A stretch of DNA of 64,000 nt from an uncultured Verrucomicrobiae bacterium (lineage in GTDB: Bacteria > Chlamydiota > Chlamydiia > Chlamydiales > Rhabdochlamydiaceae): the NCBI GenBank assembly GCA_963731265.1, contig CAVSUE010000001.1:1856001-1920000 (forward strand), written 5' to 3'. Positions within the stretch are counted from its first letter, which is position 1. Each line of letters starts with the position of its first letter. Position numbers and translations under genes: made by a program. Below are positions 11,221 through 21,130 of this stretch, one piece after another. The notes beneath the pieces were generated by a model. The model did no database searches and was not told the DNA's origin. It saw nothing but the letters and a program-made list of their open reading frames with translations.

Positions 11221-12702
11221 ATGTCAGTATCAGGTTCAGATTCTCCGCATCCTTCTTCGCTCGTGGGCGGGGTTGGTGCCGAATTGCATTTAGGCTCATC
11301 ATCTTCCCCTGTGCGCACCATAGACGTGGACGCGGTTATAAACCGGCCCGGCCAGCAGACCCCCCCCTCCCCTCCACCTGGTCCGAATGACCTTACCGTT
11401 AATATGAGTAGAGCCGACGCGAATGATAATAACCTTGCAATTGACATTAGAAGAGTCGACGCGGTGGCAAGGAAAACGATCGTATTCAATGACTTAGGAT
11501 CTACTGCAAGTCAATTAACAATTAAACGTTCGAAACAGGACCAGATTGACCAGGCTTATCGCAAGCTGCGGGAATTAGCTACTCCGGCAGGGGCTAATAA
11601 ATGTAGCTTCAATCTTTCGAAGATGACAGTTCGGTATGAGCTAGGTGGGGTCGAACATCTAAGCGATTTGCAAGAACTCGTGGAGGGCAATCAGGCGATC
11701 CGGGAGGCCTACGAAACTCTGGATGACCTTGTTCAACCCATTTGGGGAGGCCCTACGAAAAGTCAATTGATTGAAAAAGGAAGTAAATCTTCGAGTAATA
11801 GCGCTAAACCGATGGTGCGCAACACTGAAGCCCTTATAGCTCCAAATCTTCCTAAAGTTCAATATGCGGATACAGCCAAGCTGACCCTAGAGTTGTATGC
11901 AAAAAGCGGGGTTGACGCCGGAAAGCAGCAAGAAGCCCTCAAACGTATCACTGGGGTTGAAAAGCTGATCAATCTTCTCATCACCCACCTCACCACAGAA
12001 ATTGGGCAGGCAGAAGCCAGCCTGAGCAATCCAGCAACTCCTGCTGCGGATAAACCTGGTATCCAGGCCAATTTGAGAGAAATGAACGCTTTGAAAACAA
12101 AACTGGACGCTGATCGACTGGGACTCTATGTTGCAGTTGCTTTTGCGCCACATCCCCGCCATCCAAATTCAATTCAGGCCCTTGCCGACGCCAATCGAGC
12201 AGCCAAAATTGCCCAGGAAATTCTCCAGGAGCATCTGGAAAGCGTCCGTGACCGACTTATGCATAAAAATGTCCGCGCACGATTCCGGGAATGGAAATTC
12301 CTTCCGGAATTTATTAGAGGAAAAGAAGATCCGATCTACGAAAACAAAGAATATGGCATTGATGTGGCCGGACTGATCTTCTCCTCACTTCCGATCGCCC
12401 TCGCGAGAAAGGGATATTTGGATTACATTCAAGGCCAGCAGTCGATCCAAAAAATTGAGGGTATAGAGGATGCGATCCTACGCTTTGCTCTAGCAGGAGA
12501 TCAAAGTATCCCGTCTATCGATTCTCTGATCGAACGCTTGAGCAATGGTCCACTTAAGCTACGCATGCAACAAACATTCACTCAATCAAAAACGGATGCG
12601 CAAAACATCCTCAACGGGAGAACAGACTTAACCATTCCAAACGCGGCAGGGACCGACTTTGGGGCCCAGGTCGACCGTTTGAAGGCAGCCCATTTTCCTT
12701 AA
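11221..12702 (+). CDS. Hypothetical protein, candidate T3SS effector
   Basis: 493-aa ORF with a Ser/Pro-rich N-terminus and helical body. Opposite strand to its neighbours, with an AT-rich upstream spacer. No family recognised. Confidence 0.75.
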   Translation: MSVSGSDSPHPSSLVGGVGAELHLGSSSSPVRTIDVDAVINRPGQQTPPSPPPGPNDLTVNMSRADANDNNLAIDIRRVDAVARKTIVFNDLGSTASQLTIKRSKQDQIDQAYRKLRELATPAGANKCSFNLSKMTVRYELGGVEHLSDLQELVEGNQAIREAYETLDDLVQPIWGGPTKSQLIEKGSKSSSNSAKPMVRNTEALIAPNLPKVQYADTAKLTLELYAKSGVDAGKQQEALKRITGVEKLINLLITHLTTEIGQAEASLSNPATPAADKPGIQANLREMNALKTKLDADRLGLYVAVAFAPHPRHPNSIQALADANRAAKIAQEILQEHLESVRDRLMHKNVRARFREWKFLPEFIRGKEDPIYENKEYGIDVAGLIFSSLPIALARKGYLDYIQGQQSIQKIEGIEDAILRFALAGDQSIPSIDSLIERLSNGPLKLRMQQTFTQSKTDAQNILNGRTDLTIPNAAGTDFGAQVDRLKAAHFP

Positions 12703-12705
12703 AGA

Positions 12706-13935
12706 TTATGCCGTATGAGATCGGATAATCTGTGGCTGCTCGCGCTTAATCACGCAATCCCTATCGACAACGATCTCTTTGATCGTGGGATCGGAAGGGA
12801 CGTCGAACATCAGCTCTAAGAGCAAATTTTCAACGATCATTCGCAAAGCCCTCGCCCCTGTGCCTGTTTCCTTAGCCTTCTCCCCCATAGCCCTTAAAGC
12901 CTCTTCTGTGAAGCGCAATTGGACGTTTTCTTCATGGAAAAGCTGCTGATATTGCTTGATGATGGCGTTCTTTGGCTTGACGAGGATTTCTACAAGGTCG
13001 TCTATCGTCAGCTCATTGCAATTGGCGATGCTGTTGAATCTACCGACAAACTCGGGGATCATGCCAAAGGAAATCAAGTCCTCAGGCTCTACTTTAGAAA
13101 GAAGGTAGTTAATCTCATTGGCATCGAAAGTCCGGCTTTCATCAGCCGCAAAACCAATCGTGCTCTTCCCCAGCCGCTTGGCGATAATTTTCTCCAAATG
13201 GACAAAAGCTCCTCCGACAATGAAGAGGATATTCTGGGTATTCACGCGGATATACTCTTGGTTAGGGTGCTTGCGGCCCCCTTTAGGAGGTACATTAGCG
13301 ATCGTCCCTTCGACAATTTTAAGCAGGGCCTGCTGGACCCCTTCCCCCGAGACATCACGCGTAATGGAGACGTTGCCGGTGGTTTTGCGTATTTTGTCGA
13401 TTTCGTCCACGTAGATAATACCCATTTCCGCACGGGCGATATCGTAATCCGCGGCCTGGACCAGACGTAGGATGATATTTTCGACGTCTTCGCCCACGTA
13501 GCCTGCCTCTGTCAAAGTCGTGGCATCAGCGATCGCAAAAGGCACGTCCAGTAGGGCGGCAAGTGTACGGGCGATCAAGGTTTTGCCCGAGCCTGTAGGG
13601 CCTAGCAGAAGGACATTGGACTTGCTGTATTCGACCTCTCCTTCTTTATGCAAGGCGCGGATCCGTTTGTAGTGATTGTAGACGGCTACGGAAATTGTCT
13701 TTTTGGCCTTGTCCTGGCCAATGACATACTCGTCGAGGGCTTCTTTGATTTCTTTTGGTTTTAAAAACTTTAGCTCATGATGGATAGGTTTTTTTTCAAC
13801 GATTTCCATGCAGAGGCGTACGCATTTATCGCAAATGTAAGAATCAGGACCCGAGATCAATTTCTCGACGGCGTCTTCCGGGCGGCCGCAAAATGAGCAC
13901 TGAGCGCCTGCCTCTTTCTCTTTTTTGTTATTCAT
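12706..13935 (-). CDS. clpX: ATP-dependent Clp protease ATPase subunit ClpX
   Basis: CSFCG zinc finger, [29 protein letters not shown] and IGF loop. Confidence 0.98.
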   Translation of the reverse strand: MNNKKEKEAGAQCSFCGRPEDAVEKLISGPDSYICDKCVRLCMEIVEKKPIHHELKFLKPKEIKEALDEYVIGQDKAKKTISVAVYNHYKRIRALHKEGEVEYSKSNVLLLGPTGSGKTLIARTLAALLDVPFAIADATTLTEAGYVGEDVENIILRLVQAADYDIARAEMGIIYVDEIDKIRKTTGNVSITRDVSGEGVQQALLKIVEGTIANVPPKGGRKHPNQEYIRVNTQNILFIVGGAFVHLEKIIAKRLGKSTIGFAADESRTFDANEINYLLSKVEPEDLISFGMIPEFVGRFNSIANCNELTIDDLVEILVKPKNAIIKQYQQLFHEENVQLRFTEEALRAMGEKAKETGTGARALRMIVENLLLELMFDVPSDPTIKEIVVDRDCVIKREQPQIIRSHTA

Positions 13936-13937
13936 AG

Positions 13938-14543
13938 CTACTTGGTTACAATAGGTGTTTTTGGGCCCTGCGAAGCGACTTTATCGATAAATCCGTAAGC
14001 CACAGCCTCTTCGGGGTTCATCCAGAAATCGCGTTCGGAATCTTCCATAATTTTCTTAAACGACTGACCGGAAAGGTCTGCCATGATTTGAGCGCACATC
14101 TTTTTGAGCTCGAGGATTTCTTTCGCTTGAAGGGCAATATCGGCAGAAGTTCCTCCGATTCCCCCTGAAGGCTGGTGGATCATGATCCGGCTATTGGGGA
14201 GTGCGAACCGTTTCCCTTTTGTCCCCGCGGCGAGCAAAAGAGCTCCCATGGAGGCTGCTTGCCCTAAGCAATAGGTGTTGATATCGTATCCCATGAAGCG
14301 CATCGTGTCGTAAATCGCAAGGCCGGCCGTGATCATCCCCCCTGGTGAATTGACGTAGATGTTGACGTCTTTCTTGGGGTCTTCCGCACGCAAGAAAAGA
14401 AGCTGCGCAATGACAGTGTTAGCCACTTGGTCATTGATTTCGGTTCCGATAAATACGATCCTGTCTTTCAAAAGGCGGGAGTAGATGTCCATGGCGCGTT
14501 CGCCGCGACCAGTATCTTCAATGACATAGGGGATTGAGTACAT
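13938..14543 (-). CDS. clpP: Clp protease proteolytic subunit (ClpP2-type, clpX-linked)
   Basis: [21 protein letters not shown] and IMIHQP motifs. Confidence 0.97.
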   Translation of the reverse strand: MYSIPYVIEDTGRGERAMDIYSRLLKDRIVFIGTEINDQVANTVIAQLLFLRAEDPKKDVNIYVNSPGGMITAGLAIYDTMRFMGYDINTYCLGQAASMGALLLAAGTKGKRFALPNSRIMIHQPSGGIGGTSADIALQAKEILELKKMCAQIMADLSGQSFKKIMEDSERDFWMNPEEAVAYGFIDKVASQGPKTPIVTK

Positions 14544-14760
14544 GATTCAGAACCTCAAAAGGCTTTATTAATTAACTTCAGTATGGCGGATGAAACGTTA
14601 ATCTGCAAGCCACAGTGTTTATACCTGACTCGGGCATAAAATCCAAGTTTATGGCCGAGCCAATAAAGAGAGAACCGAACTTGTAATAGGCCGTCTGCGA
14701 TTCATGTCGTGTGCAAACGACAAATCGCAAACAGCCCCTAACTACCTAACGTGTAATTGA

Positions 14761-16089
14761 TTACTCGCTTTGCGTTACGGCATTCTGAATCACGAAATCC
14801 TCGGCTTTTTCGAGGACTAATCGGGAGAATGCTTCGGCGTGCTCGATCTCCGTGTTGCGTTGGTGGTGATACATTTTCTGTGGGTTGATCAACATCTCCA
14901 AAGGTGAAGTGGATGGCGGGGGAATATCGGTTGCGGAAATGCGGATATTGGCGTCGGCGACGATTTGACGGCAGAGATAGAACATCCGGACAGCCTTTTC
15001 AGATTGCTGGTAGACCGTTTGAATCGTTTTTTTTCTATCCTCGGCGTTCAATTTTTCCCAATATTGATTAAATTCCTGGTCTTGCAAAAGCTGGCGGAAG
15101 CGAAATTGCGTCTCTTTTTCGATGAGGGTTGCAGGCAGATCAAACGGATGGTTATTCAGCAAGAATTCGTTGACTTGTTCGCGCTGCGCTTCTTGAACGT
15201 GAGCATCGGCTTGGTTGTTGAGCAGGTGGGTGATCTTAGTATGCATATCTTCAATGGAAGTAGCGCCTAATTTTTGAACAAAGGCATCGGTCAGCTCAGG
15301 AAGAGTTGCAGTATCGACCGATTTGATGGTGATGCGCACTTTTTTTGGCTTGAGTTGCTCTTTGTCTTCTTTAGAAGCGTCCTCATCAGGCACGCTCATT
15401 CCCTCCATGGAGTCGCCGGTCTTTTTGCCGATGACAAGTTCACGCATCCATTTGGCCATCGATTTTTCCGTGACCTCAAAGCGCGTATGGGAAAAAAGCG
15501 GCGTTGAAGGGGTGTCCTCAATCACATCGACATCTAAAAGGACGAAATCGCCTTCCTGAACAGGCCGATCGTGCACACCCTGCCAGTTTGCAAAGAAAAG
15601 TTGAATCTGGCGGATGGTCTCATTGATTTTGTCTTCGTTGACATCAGGCCGCTTGACAGACTTCAATTGCATTTGTTTGGGGTCTATGCGGGGAACTTTT
15701 GGCTCTGTCTCTAAAGAAAGCGTCAATAGAGCTCCCTTTGACGAATGGCTTTTTAGATTATAGGTGATTTTTGCGTCGCGATGAAGAACAGGGACTTTGG
15801 CGAGTTTTTCACATTCCTGGAAACAGGCATTGGCAATCTGCTGCTGCCATTCTTTGTCCAATTCTTTAGGGTAGTTTTTGATGATCATTTCTTCAGGGGC
15901 TTTTCCTTTGCGGAACCCGTGCAGTGTCACTTCTTTGGCGATCAATCGGGCGGCTTTTTTATGTGCATTTTTAACGAGCGGTTCAAAAGCTTCGATATCG
16001 AATTCGACAACGCAGGCGGGTTTATGATGGATTGTAAAACGGACGTTTTCGTTCTGCAATTCCTGATGTTCAGCTGCCGTTTGTTCCAT
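14761..16089 (-). CDS. tig: Trigger factor
   Basis: GFRKGKAP ribosome-binding motif, FKBP-like middle region, and position upstream of clpP-clpX. Confidence 0.92.
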   Translation of the reverse strand: MEQTAAEHQELQNENVRFTIHHKPACVVEFDIEAFEPLVKNAHKKAARLIAKEVTLHGFRKGKAPEEMIIKNYPKELDKEWQQQIANACFQECEKLAKVPVLHRDAKITYNLKSHSSKGALLTLSLETEPKVPRIDPKQMQLKSVKRPDVNEDKINETIRQIQLFFANWQGVHDRPVQEGDFVLLDVDVIEDTPSTPLFSHTRFEVTEKSMAKWMRELVIGKKTGDSMEGMSVPDEDASKEDKEQLKPKKVRITIKSVDTATLPELTDAFVQKLGATSIEDMHTKITHLLNNQADAHVQEAQREQVNEFLLNNHPFDLPATLIEKETQFRFRQLLQDQEFNQYWEKLNAEDRKKTIQTVYQQSEKAVRMFYLCRQIVADANIRISATDIPPPSTSPLEMLINPQKMYHHQRNTEIEHAEAFSRLVLEKAEDFVIQNAVTQSE

Positions 16090-16115
16090 TCCCTTGCTCC
16101 TTTATTTTTATCAAT

Positions 16116-16187
16116 AGCGGGTGATGAGGCTCGAACTCACGACCCTCACGTTGGCAACGTGATGCTCTACCACTGAGCTACACCCGC
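16116..16187 (-). tRNA. tRNA-Gly(GCC), copy 1
   Basis: Reverse complement GCGGGTGTAGCTCAGTGGTAGAGC...TTGCCAA...GTTCGAGCCTCATCACCCGCT folds as a cloverleaf. No encoded CCA. Confidence 0.96.
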
Positions 16188-16205
16188 AAAAAATCATTTA
16201 AAACA

Positions 16206-16277
16206 AGCGGGTGATGAGGCTCGAACTCACGACCCTCACGTTGGCAACGTGATGCTCTACCACTGAGCTACACCCGC
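16206..16277 (-). tRNA. tRNA-Gly(GCC), copy 2
   Basis: Identical to copy 1, offset by 90 bp. Confidence 0.96.
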
Positions 16278-16286
16278 AAAAACATC

Positions 16287-16464
16287 CTGGTGGTCCGTGA
16301 CCAAAATTCTTGGAGCAATTTCGGCGTCAAAGCCGCTGAAATCGACGATCGCAAGTTGATTCGTATTGCATTAATACGGATCAACTTGCAAAGCCTGCGG
16401 TCGTCGATTTGAGCGAGCTTTCATGCTCGAAATTGTCCCAAGAACTTTTGTCAGGGACCACTAG
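16287..16464. mobile_element. Palindromic MITE-like element between tRNA genes, flanked by CTGG/CTAG
   Basis: CTGG-tggtccgtgaccaaaattcttgg...ccaagaacttttgtcagggacca-CTAG, with central hairpin gcaagttgat...atcaacttgc. Confidence 0.7.
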
Positions 16465-16465
16465 T

Positions 16466-16538
16466 AGCGGGTGATGAGGTTCGAACTCACGACCCTCACG
16501 TTGGGAACGTGATGCTCTGCCAGTTGAGCTACACCCGC
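16466..16538 (-). tRNA. tRNA-Gly(CCC)
   Basis: Same body as the GCC copies, anticodon loop TTCCCAA, with small D-loop and T-loop differences. Confidence 0.93.
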
Positions 16539-16554
16539 AAAATCATACCAACTA

Positions 16555-16603
16555 TATACTGCTTCCACTTGAAAGTTAGGGAAATTTCAATTTCAGCAGT
16601 ATA
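16555..16603. repeat. Short deletion derivative of the TATACTGC element family
   Basis: TATACTGCTTCCACTTGAAAGTTA...GCAGTATA. The first 24 nt equal the reverse complement of the right end of the element at 26220-26404. Confidence 0.7.
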
Positions 16604-17041
16604 GCCTAGCAGTTTTTTTTGGATCAAGAAATTGCTGAAAATGCAAAGAAACGATGCATTTGATTAACGCCAGTTTTGGAAAAGCCTCCTAGAGGGGGAA
16701 CGCGACGTACCCCCGATCCTGCCCTTTTTACACGAAACCCTCCTTAATATATATGGCCAGATGCATAAACCCCTTAATCATAGTGATCCGACTCACCCAT
16801 AACTCCAACATGACCGATGAAATACAAACTATTAACCCATAATGACTTGTGTATAGAATAATTTTAAAGTTTTAATAAACAAACGATTAAAGATCAGCGA
16901 CTAACGCACATTATGATTATAAATGAAATGTTGGTTTATTTTAAAAATTATATTTAAATTATATGGACAAACAGTTAAAATTATACTTGAGGGAGTACAA
17001 GATCATGCAAATACTCCTGAAAATTTTAATTAGGTAATAAT

Positions 17042-17821
17042 ATGAGCACAATAACACCGCAAATTAAAGACCCAGATTCAGATAATTTAGAAAAGTATAT
17101 CGCCCAATGGGGGGATGCAAACAAGCGATTCCAGGACGACCTCAATAGTTTAACGGCGCTCATCACACAGATGATGGCGTTACTTAAGGGAGGAAAGGTC
17201 TCTGAAGCTTTCCAAATCGCTGAAATGGGGGTCATGCCAGGCGCAATGTCGCTTCAGGGCGACTCGATGGGGCAGCTGGCTGCCACGATGAATGTCAGCT
17301 CTGCGCTTCAGAAATTCACAACAGACACGCAAAACGACCTCAACCAGGGTGCCAATATAGACCATGAGATCCCCAAGGGATCCGATCATGAAACATACGC
17401 CGATCAGTTTGTTCAGTTCCTTAAAGATCTTTATGCCAAAGTCAATGTCGACAATCCACCGGACTGGCTGAAAAACATACAAGGGGGCCTTAAACAGTCG
17501 ATCGAGCAGATTTGCCAAGTTTTTGGCGCGTCGGATCCTACCAACCTGTATCCTACGACAGTCGCTAACGATGTGAAAACATGGATCAACAACCCTTCTA
17601 CCGTCGACGGAAACGGAAAAACGGGCCAACAAAACATACAGAACCTGCAATCGGGCTTTACGCAATGGAACAACACAGAGTCCGCTCAATCGCAAGGACT
17701 TCAAGCTCAAGAGCAATTCGCATCCAATGTTTATAATCAATACATGAGCTCTTGTTCGAACATCTTCCATGCAGTGCAACAGTTGTCCCAAGCTATGGTC
17801 CAAAACGAAAAATCACAGTAA
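17042..17821 (+). CDS. Gln/Asn-rich helical protein, putative T3SS-exported tip/filament component
   Basis: First gene of a tightly spaced four-gene operon that ends in translocator-like genes. Amphipathic C-terminal helix. Confidence 0.65.
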   Translation: MSTITPQIKDPDSDNLEKYIAQWGDANKRFQDDLNSLTALITQMMALLKGGKVSEAFQIAEMGVMPGAMSLQGDSMGQLAATMNVSSALQKFTTDTQNDLNQGANIDHEIPKGSDHETYADQFVQFLKDLYAKVNVDNPPDWLKNIQGGLKQSIEQICQVFGASDPTNLYPTTVANDVKTWINNPSTVDGNGKTGQQNIQNLQSGFTQWNNTESAQSQGLQAQEQFASNVYNQYMSSCSNIFHAVQQLSQAMVQNEKSQ

Positions 17822-17845
17822 TAAAAATTAAAGAGGAGAAAAAGC

Positions 17846-18262
17846 ATGAATAATTTATTAGCCGTCATGGAAGCTGTATCTAATTCCGTAGCTGCCGGAT
17901 CTAATCAGCAGCTCGCAGATGGCCTGAGCACTAATATGAATGTCGGTATTGAACAGGGAATTTACAACGATTGGCAAAAAAAAGTGACAAAAGACGCATC
18001 AGACGTTCATACTTTAGCAGGAGAACTCGGCGGGGATCCGGGCAACCAATCCATCCAAGCGTTTTTATCCCAAGCACAAGCGAAATTCCAAAACGATGAG
18101 ACGAATATGCAGACCTACACGCAGCAGGCTGACTCTGCTACCCAAGCGACTCAGAACCAGGCCGGACAAGATGCCTCCACTATGCAGCAAAAAGTACAGC
18201 TGGAAGCCGCCGTTAACCAAACACTGCAAACATTGACTTCCATATTGGGACAACACTATTAA
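17846..18262 (+). CDS. Small Gln-rich helical protein (DUF720/EspA-like character)
   Basis: SD GAGGAG; 138 aa; Q/A/N-rich with coiled-coil character. Confidence 0.65.
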   Translation: MNNLLAVMEAVSNSVAAGSNQQLADGLSTNMNVGIEQGIYNDWQKKVTKDASDVHTLAGELGGDPGNQSIQAFLSQAQAKFQNDETNMQTYTQQADSATQATQNQAGQDASTMQQKVQLEAAVNQTLQTLTSILGQHY

Positions 18263-18275
18263 TCAGGAGTTTCCG

Positions 18276-19676
18276 ATGACAAATTTAAGTAACGCTCAAA
18301 ATCAATTCCCCGATTTTATTAATATTCCAGCATTCAATTCTGAACGCCGGGATCAAAAAGAGAAGGAACGCGCGGCCTTTGCCCAATTGGCGAGTACGCT
18401 CCAAGCCGTGTTAAAAACACTGCCTGAAGAAAGCACTCCAACAGCAGAACCGGCCAGCATTCCTTCTGACTACCAAATGCAGCAGTCCATTGGACAGCTC
18501 ATGGCGCTTCTCACGGATTTACAAGGATTGATCGCCAAATTCGGCACGCAGAATAATCAAGCGAATGCGACGGTCGGCCAGGCCCTAGTGACAGAGATGC
18601 AAGCCCAGGTCAAGAAGGCCAGTGATCAGCTGCAAACTATCCTTAAAGACCAAAAGCAGCAAGACTTCTGGTCGACCTTCACGAAAGTCGTCGAAGGGAT
18701 TGTCGGTACCATCGTCACCGGCATCGCACTTCTTTGCGGACAGCCGGAACTTGCCATCATTACGCTGGCCTTTACTATTCTTGCCTTATCCGGAGGCATG
18801 GATAAGATGACTAAAGGGCTCTCTGACGTTTTAAGCAAAGCTTTAGTGGATATAGGCGTTCCCAAAGAAGAAGCCGATGCCATCGCAAAAGTCTTGGCAG
18901 ACGTCATCATCATTGTCGCCTCGATCGTCGTCACTGTCGCCACATGCGGAGCGGGTGCAGCGATTGCCGGTCAGGTAGCAGCAGAGGCAGCGGTAGAAGA
19001 AGGGACTGAGATGGCAGAAATTGCCGGTTCACAAGTAGCCGAGGCCGCACCCGAAGCTGTCGAGGCATCAGATTCTTTTGCCCAAAAAGTGGGGAATTTC
19101 TTCGAGAATGTTGCAAATAAGATCAAAACGAACAATCCATTCAACAAAATCCCTAAGAATTGGAACCTGGGAATCGTTGCGGGAGCGCAAGCGGCCGGTT
19201 CGACAAACTTCGGCCAAGACTTCATGGCCTCTGTCCTCGTCCACATGAAGGATAAGAATACAAAACAGATACTAGAAACGACATTGGGCATTATCATCAG
19301 TTTGCTCACAGCGCTTGCAGGAGCAGGAGCCGGAATTTCTGTGGCATCAGGTCCCAGTTTCTATTCGTTTAGCAATATCACCAAGCCTATGGTAGGGCTC
19401 ACCGGATTGCAAATTGCCGCAGGAACTGCGCAGGTGTCCGGGGAAGTCGGACTCGGCGTTACCTATGGCGAATTGGCTAGCAAGATCGGTACCCAAGGCC
19501 AAACCCAGGCCCTCTTAACCATGCTTCAAGCTCTCGTTCGAATGAACAGCGGGCAGGCCGACGCTGATACTAAAGCGCTCGGTTCCAAGATGAAAGCCTG
19601 GGGCTCCGAAATAGCCGCCTTAAGCCATAACTTAAATGCCGCAGAAGCTGCGGTCGCTCGCGAATTGCAAGCATAA
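18276..19676 (+). CDS. T3SS major translocator-like protein (SctE/CopB family)
   Basis: Coiled coil followed by hydrophobic segments (VVEGIVGTIVTGIALLCG...LAIITLAFTILALSGG; VIIIVASIVVTVATCGAG) and further hydrophobic helices. SD AGGAG. Confidence 0.75.
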   Translation: MTNLSNAQNQFPDFINIPAFNSERRDQKEKERAAFAQLASTLQAVLKTLPEESTPTAEPASIPSDYQMQQSIGQLMALLTDLQGLIAKFGTQNNQANATVGQALVTEMQAQVKKASDQLQTILKDQKQQDFWSTFTKVVEGIVGTIVTGIALLCGQPELAIITLAFTILALSGGMDKMTKGLSDVLSKALVDIGVPKEEADAIAKVLADVIIIVASIVVTVATCGAGAAIAGQVAAEAAVEEGTEMAEIAGSQVAEAAPEAVEASDSFAQKVGNFFENVANKIKTNNPFNKIPKNWNLGIVAGAQAAGSTNFGQDFMASVLVHMKDKNTKQILETTLGIIISLLTALAGAGAGISVASGPSFYSFSNITKPMVGLTGLQIAAGTAQVSGEVGLGVTYGELASKIGTQGQTQALLTMLQALVRMNSGQADADTKALGSKMKAWGSEIAALSHNLNAAEAAVARELQA

Positions 19677-19702
19677 AAAAACTAAAAAAAGGAGTTTAAT
19701 CG

Positions 19703-20623
19703 ATGACAACTACCAACAATGCTATTTCTACCCCACCTGCTGCAACCTCTTCTCAAGGGTTCAGCTCGATGAATCAGCTCGACAGCGGCCCTGCCGCACT
19801 TCTCTACACTTTGGCAAACAAACTGATTCAAATTTATAACCAGCTTCAAGAAAGCTACAATGAGATGACCAAGGCGGAAGTTTCCGTCCAACAAAGCACC
19901 ATCGCCGCTTCTGCTCAAGAACAACGGAGCACAGCATCGGCCGAAGCAGCTGGCTACTGGTGCCAGATGGGAGCTACTCTTGCAAGCGCTGCGGTCACTG
20001 CAGTGTCAACATTCATGGAAGGGAAAAACAATGACGAGATTAATAAAAAACTGGGCCCACAAGAAGAACAATTGGGCAAATTGAAGGCCCTCGAGAAAAT
20101 GGCGCCTACAAGGGGAGCAAACATCATTGTCGAAGAAGAAGGGGCTGCCCCTCTACGTCCGACTCCTGCTCACACTAGAGCGACTAGGATGAAAGATGGA
20201 ACCTTCGAATCCCCTGGAGATGCAACTTTACGTCCGCATGAAATCACTGCAGAAAACCAGGAAGCGATCAACACGATGAATACGAAGCAATACGAAACAT
20301 ACAGAAAGAACCTGCAAAAGCAAATTGAAGCTCAACAAAGAGAGATCAATACAACGAACCTTACAAGGAACCATGCGCAGACCGATTACCAGCAAAAAAC
20401 TCAAATAGCTACTAACATTGTGAATACTGCTGGTCAAGGCGCACAGGCACTCACCAAAACGCAGATGGGAGAACATCAAGCAGGTCAGCAAGTCGCAAGC
20501 GGTGTGACCTCCATGGCGAGCAGCACAGCAGATAACACGCGGGGAGAGATCAACAAGTATGACAAGGCCGCCGATTTATACGCCTCTGCAAGACAAGGTG
20601 CACAGACCTACGCGAATACCTAA
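19703..20623 (+). CDS. T3SS minor translocator-like protein (SctB/CopD family)
   Basis: Follows the SctE-like gene; one hydrophobic segment (MGATLASAAVTAVSTFM); Ala/Thr/Gln-rich; SD AGGAG. Confidence 0.65.
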   Translation: MTTTNNAISTPPAATSSQGFSSMNQLDSGPAALLYTLANKLIQIYNQLQESYNEMTKAEVSVQQSTIAASAQEQRSTASAEAAGYWCQMGATLASAAVTAVSTFMEGKNNDEINKKLGPQEEQLGKLKALEKMAPTRGANIIVEEEGAAPLRPTPAHTRATRMKDGTFESPGDATLRPHEITAENQEAINTMNTKQYETYRKNLQKQIEAQQREINTTNLTRNHAQTDYQQKTQIATNIVNTAGQGAQALTKTQMGEHQAGQQVASGVTSMASSTADNTRGEINKYDKAADLYASARQGAQTYANT

Positions 20624-20652
20624 TCGCTCCTTCCAATAGGAAAATGCTTACT

Positions 20653-20684
20653 AGCCGTTGCCGCTCTGGCAACGGCTTTTTTTT
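20653..20684 (+). terminator. Rho-independent terminator of the translocator-like operon
   Basis: AGCCGTTGCC-gctct-GGCAACGGCT followed by a T run. Confidence 0.85.
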
Positions 20685-21126
20685 AGGAACGCATCCACTT
20701 CGATTTTTTGGGCCCTTTCTTTTTTTCGGCTTTTGGTTTTATCGATTCCGGGGATGGCTTTTCTTGCGTATGAAGAAGCTTGACGAGATCTTCTCCCGCT
20801 TTAGCAAGCTCCATTCTTGACTCCTGCATGTTCCTCCATTGCTCGGGAGTAAAATTTGCAGGGTTTTCTGAATCGGCGATCAACTTTTCTTCACTTAATC
20901 CCGAGCGCTGGCTCATGATTTTTGTGTGTTCCTGCATGTGTCCATACAATTCTTTCATCATGCGGAGAGCGGCTTTTTTGTCCTCTTCATCGCCCTTAAT
21001 TAGGACTTCTTTTAAATGCTCAATAAATTCAAGAGACTTTTGAAAAATTTCCTGAACTGTCGTCCCTTTCCCTTCTGCAGCCTGGTTGTACATAAAAATC
21101 AGTCGAGAAAATTCTTCCTGGAGCAT
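20683..21126 (-). CDS. CT635-like chlamydial protein, paralog 2
   Basis: SGLSEE...ENPANFTPEQW and a Lys-rich tail ending KWMRS. Resembles the NPDNFSPEEW and KKNWIPL motifs recalled for CT635. Confidence 0.75.
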   Translation of the reverse strand: MLQEEFSRLIFMYNQAAEGKGTTVQEIFQKSLEFIEHLKEVLIKGDEEDKKAALRMMKELYGHMQEHTKIMSQRSGLSEEKLIADSENPANFTPEQWRNMQESRMELAKAGEDLVKLLHTQEKPSPESIKPKAEKKKGPKKSKWMRS

Positions 21127-21130
21127 AAAT

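Noticed and set aside
14609..14737. Two hairpins between tig and clpP as a riboswitch or ncRNA
   Set aside because: No known RNA family motif was recognised; more likely terminators or repeat remnants.
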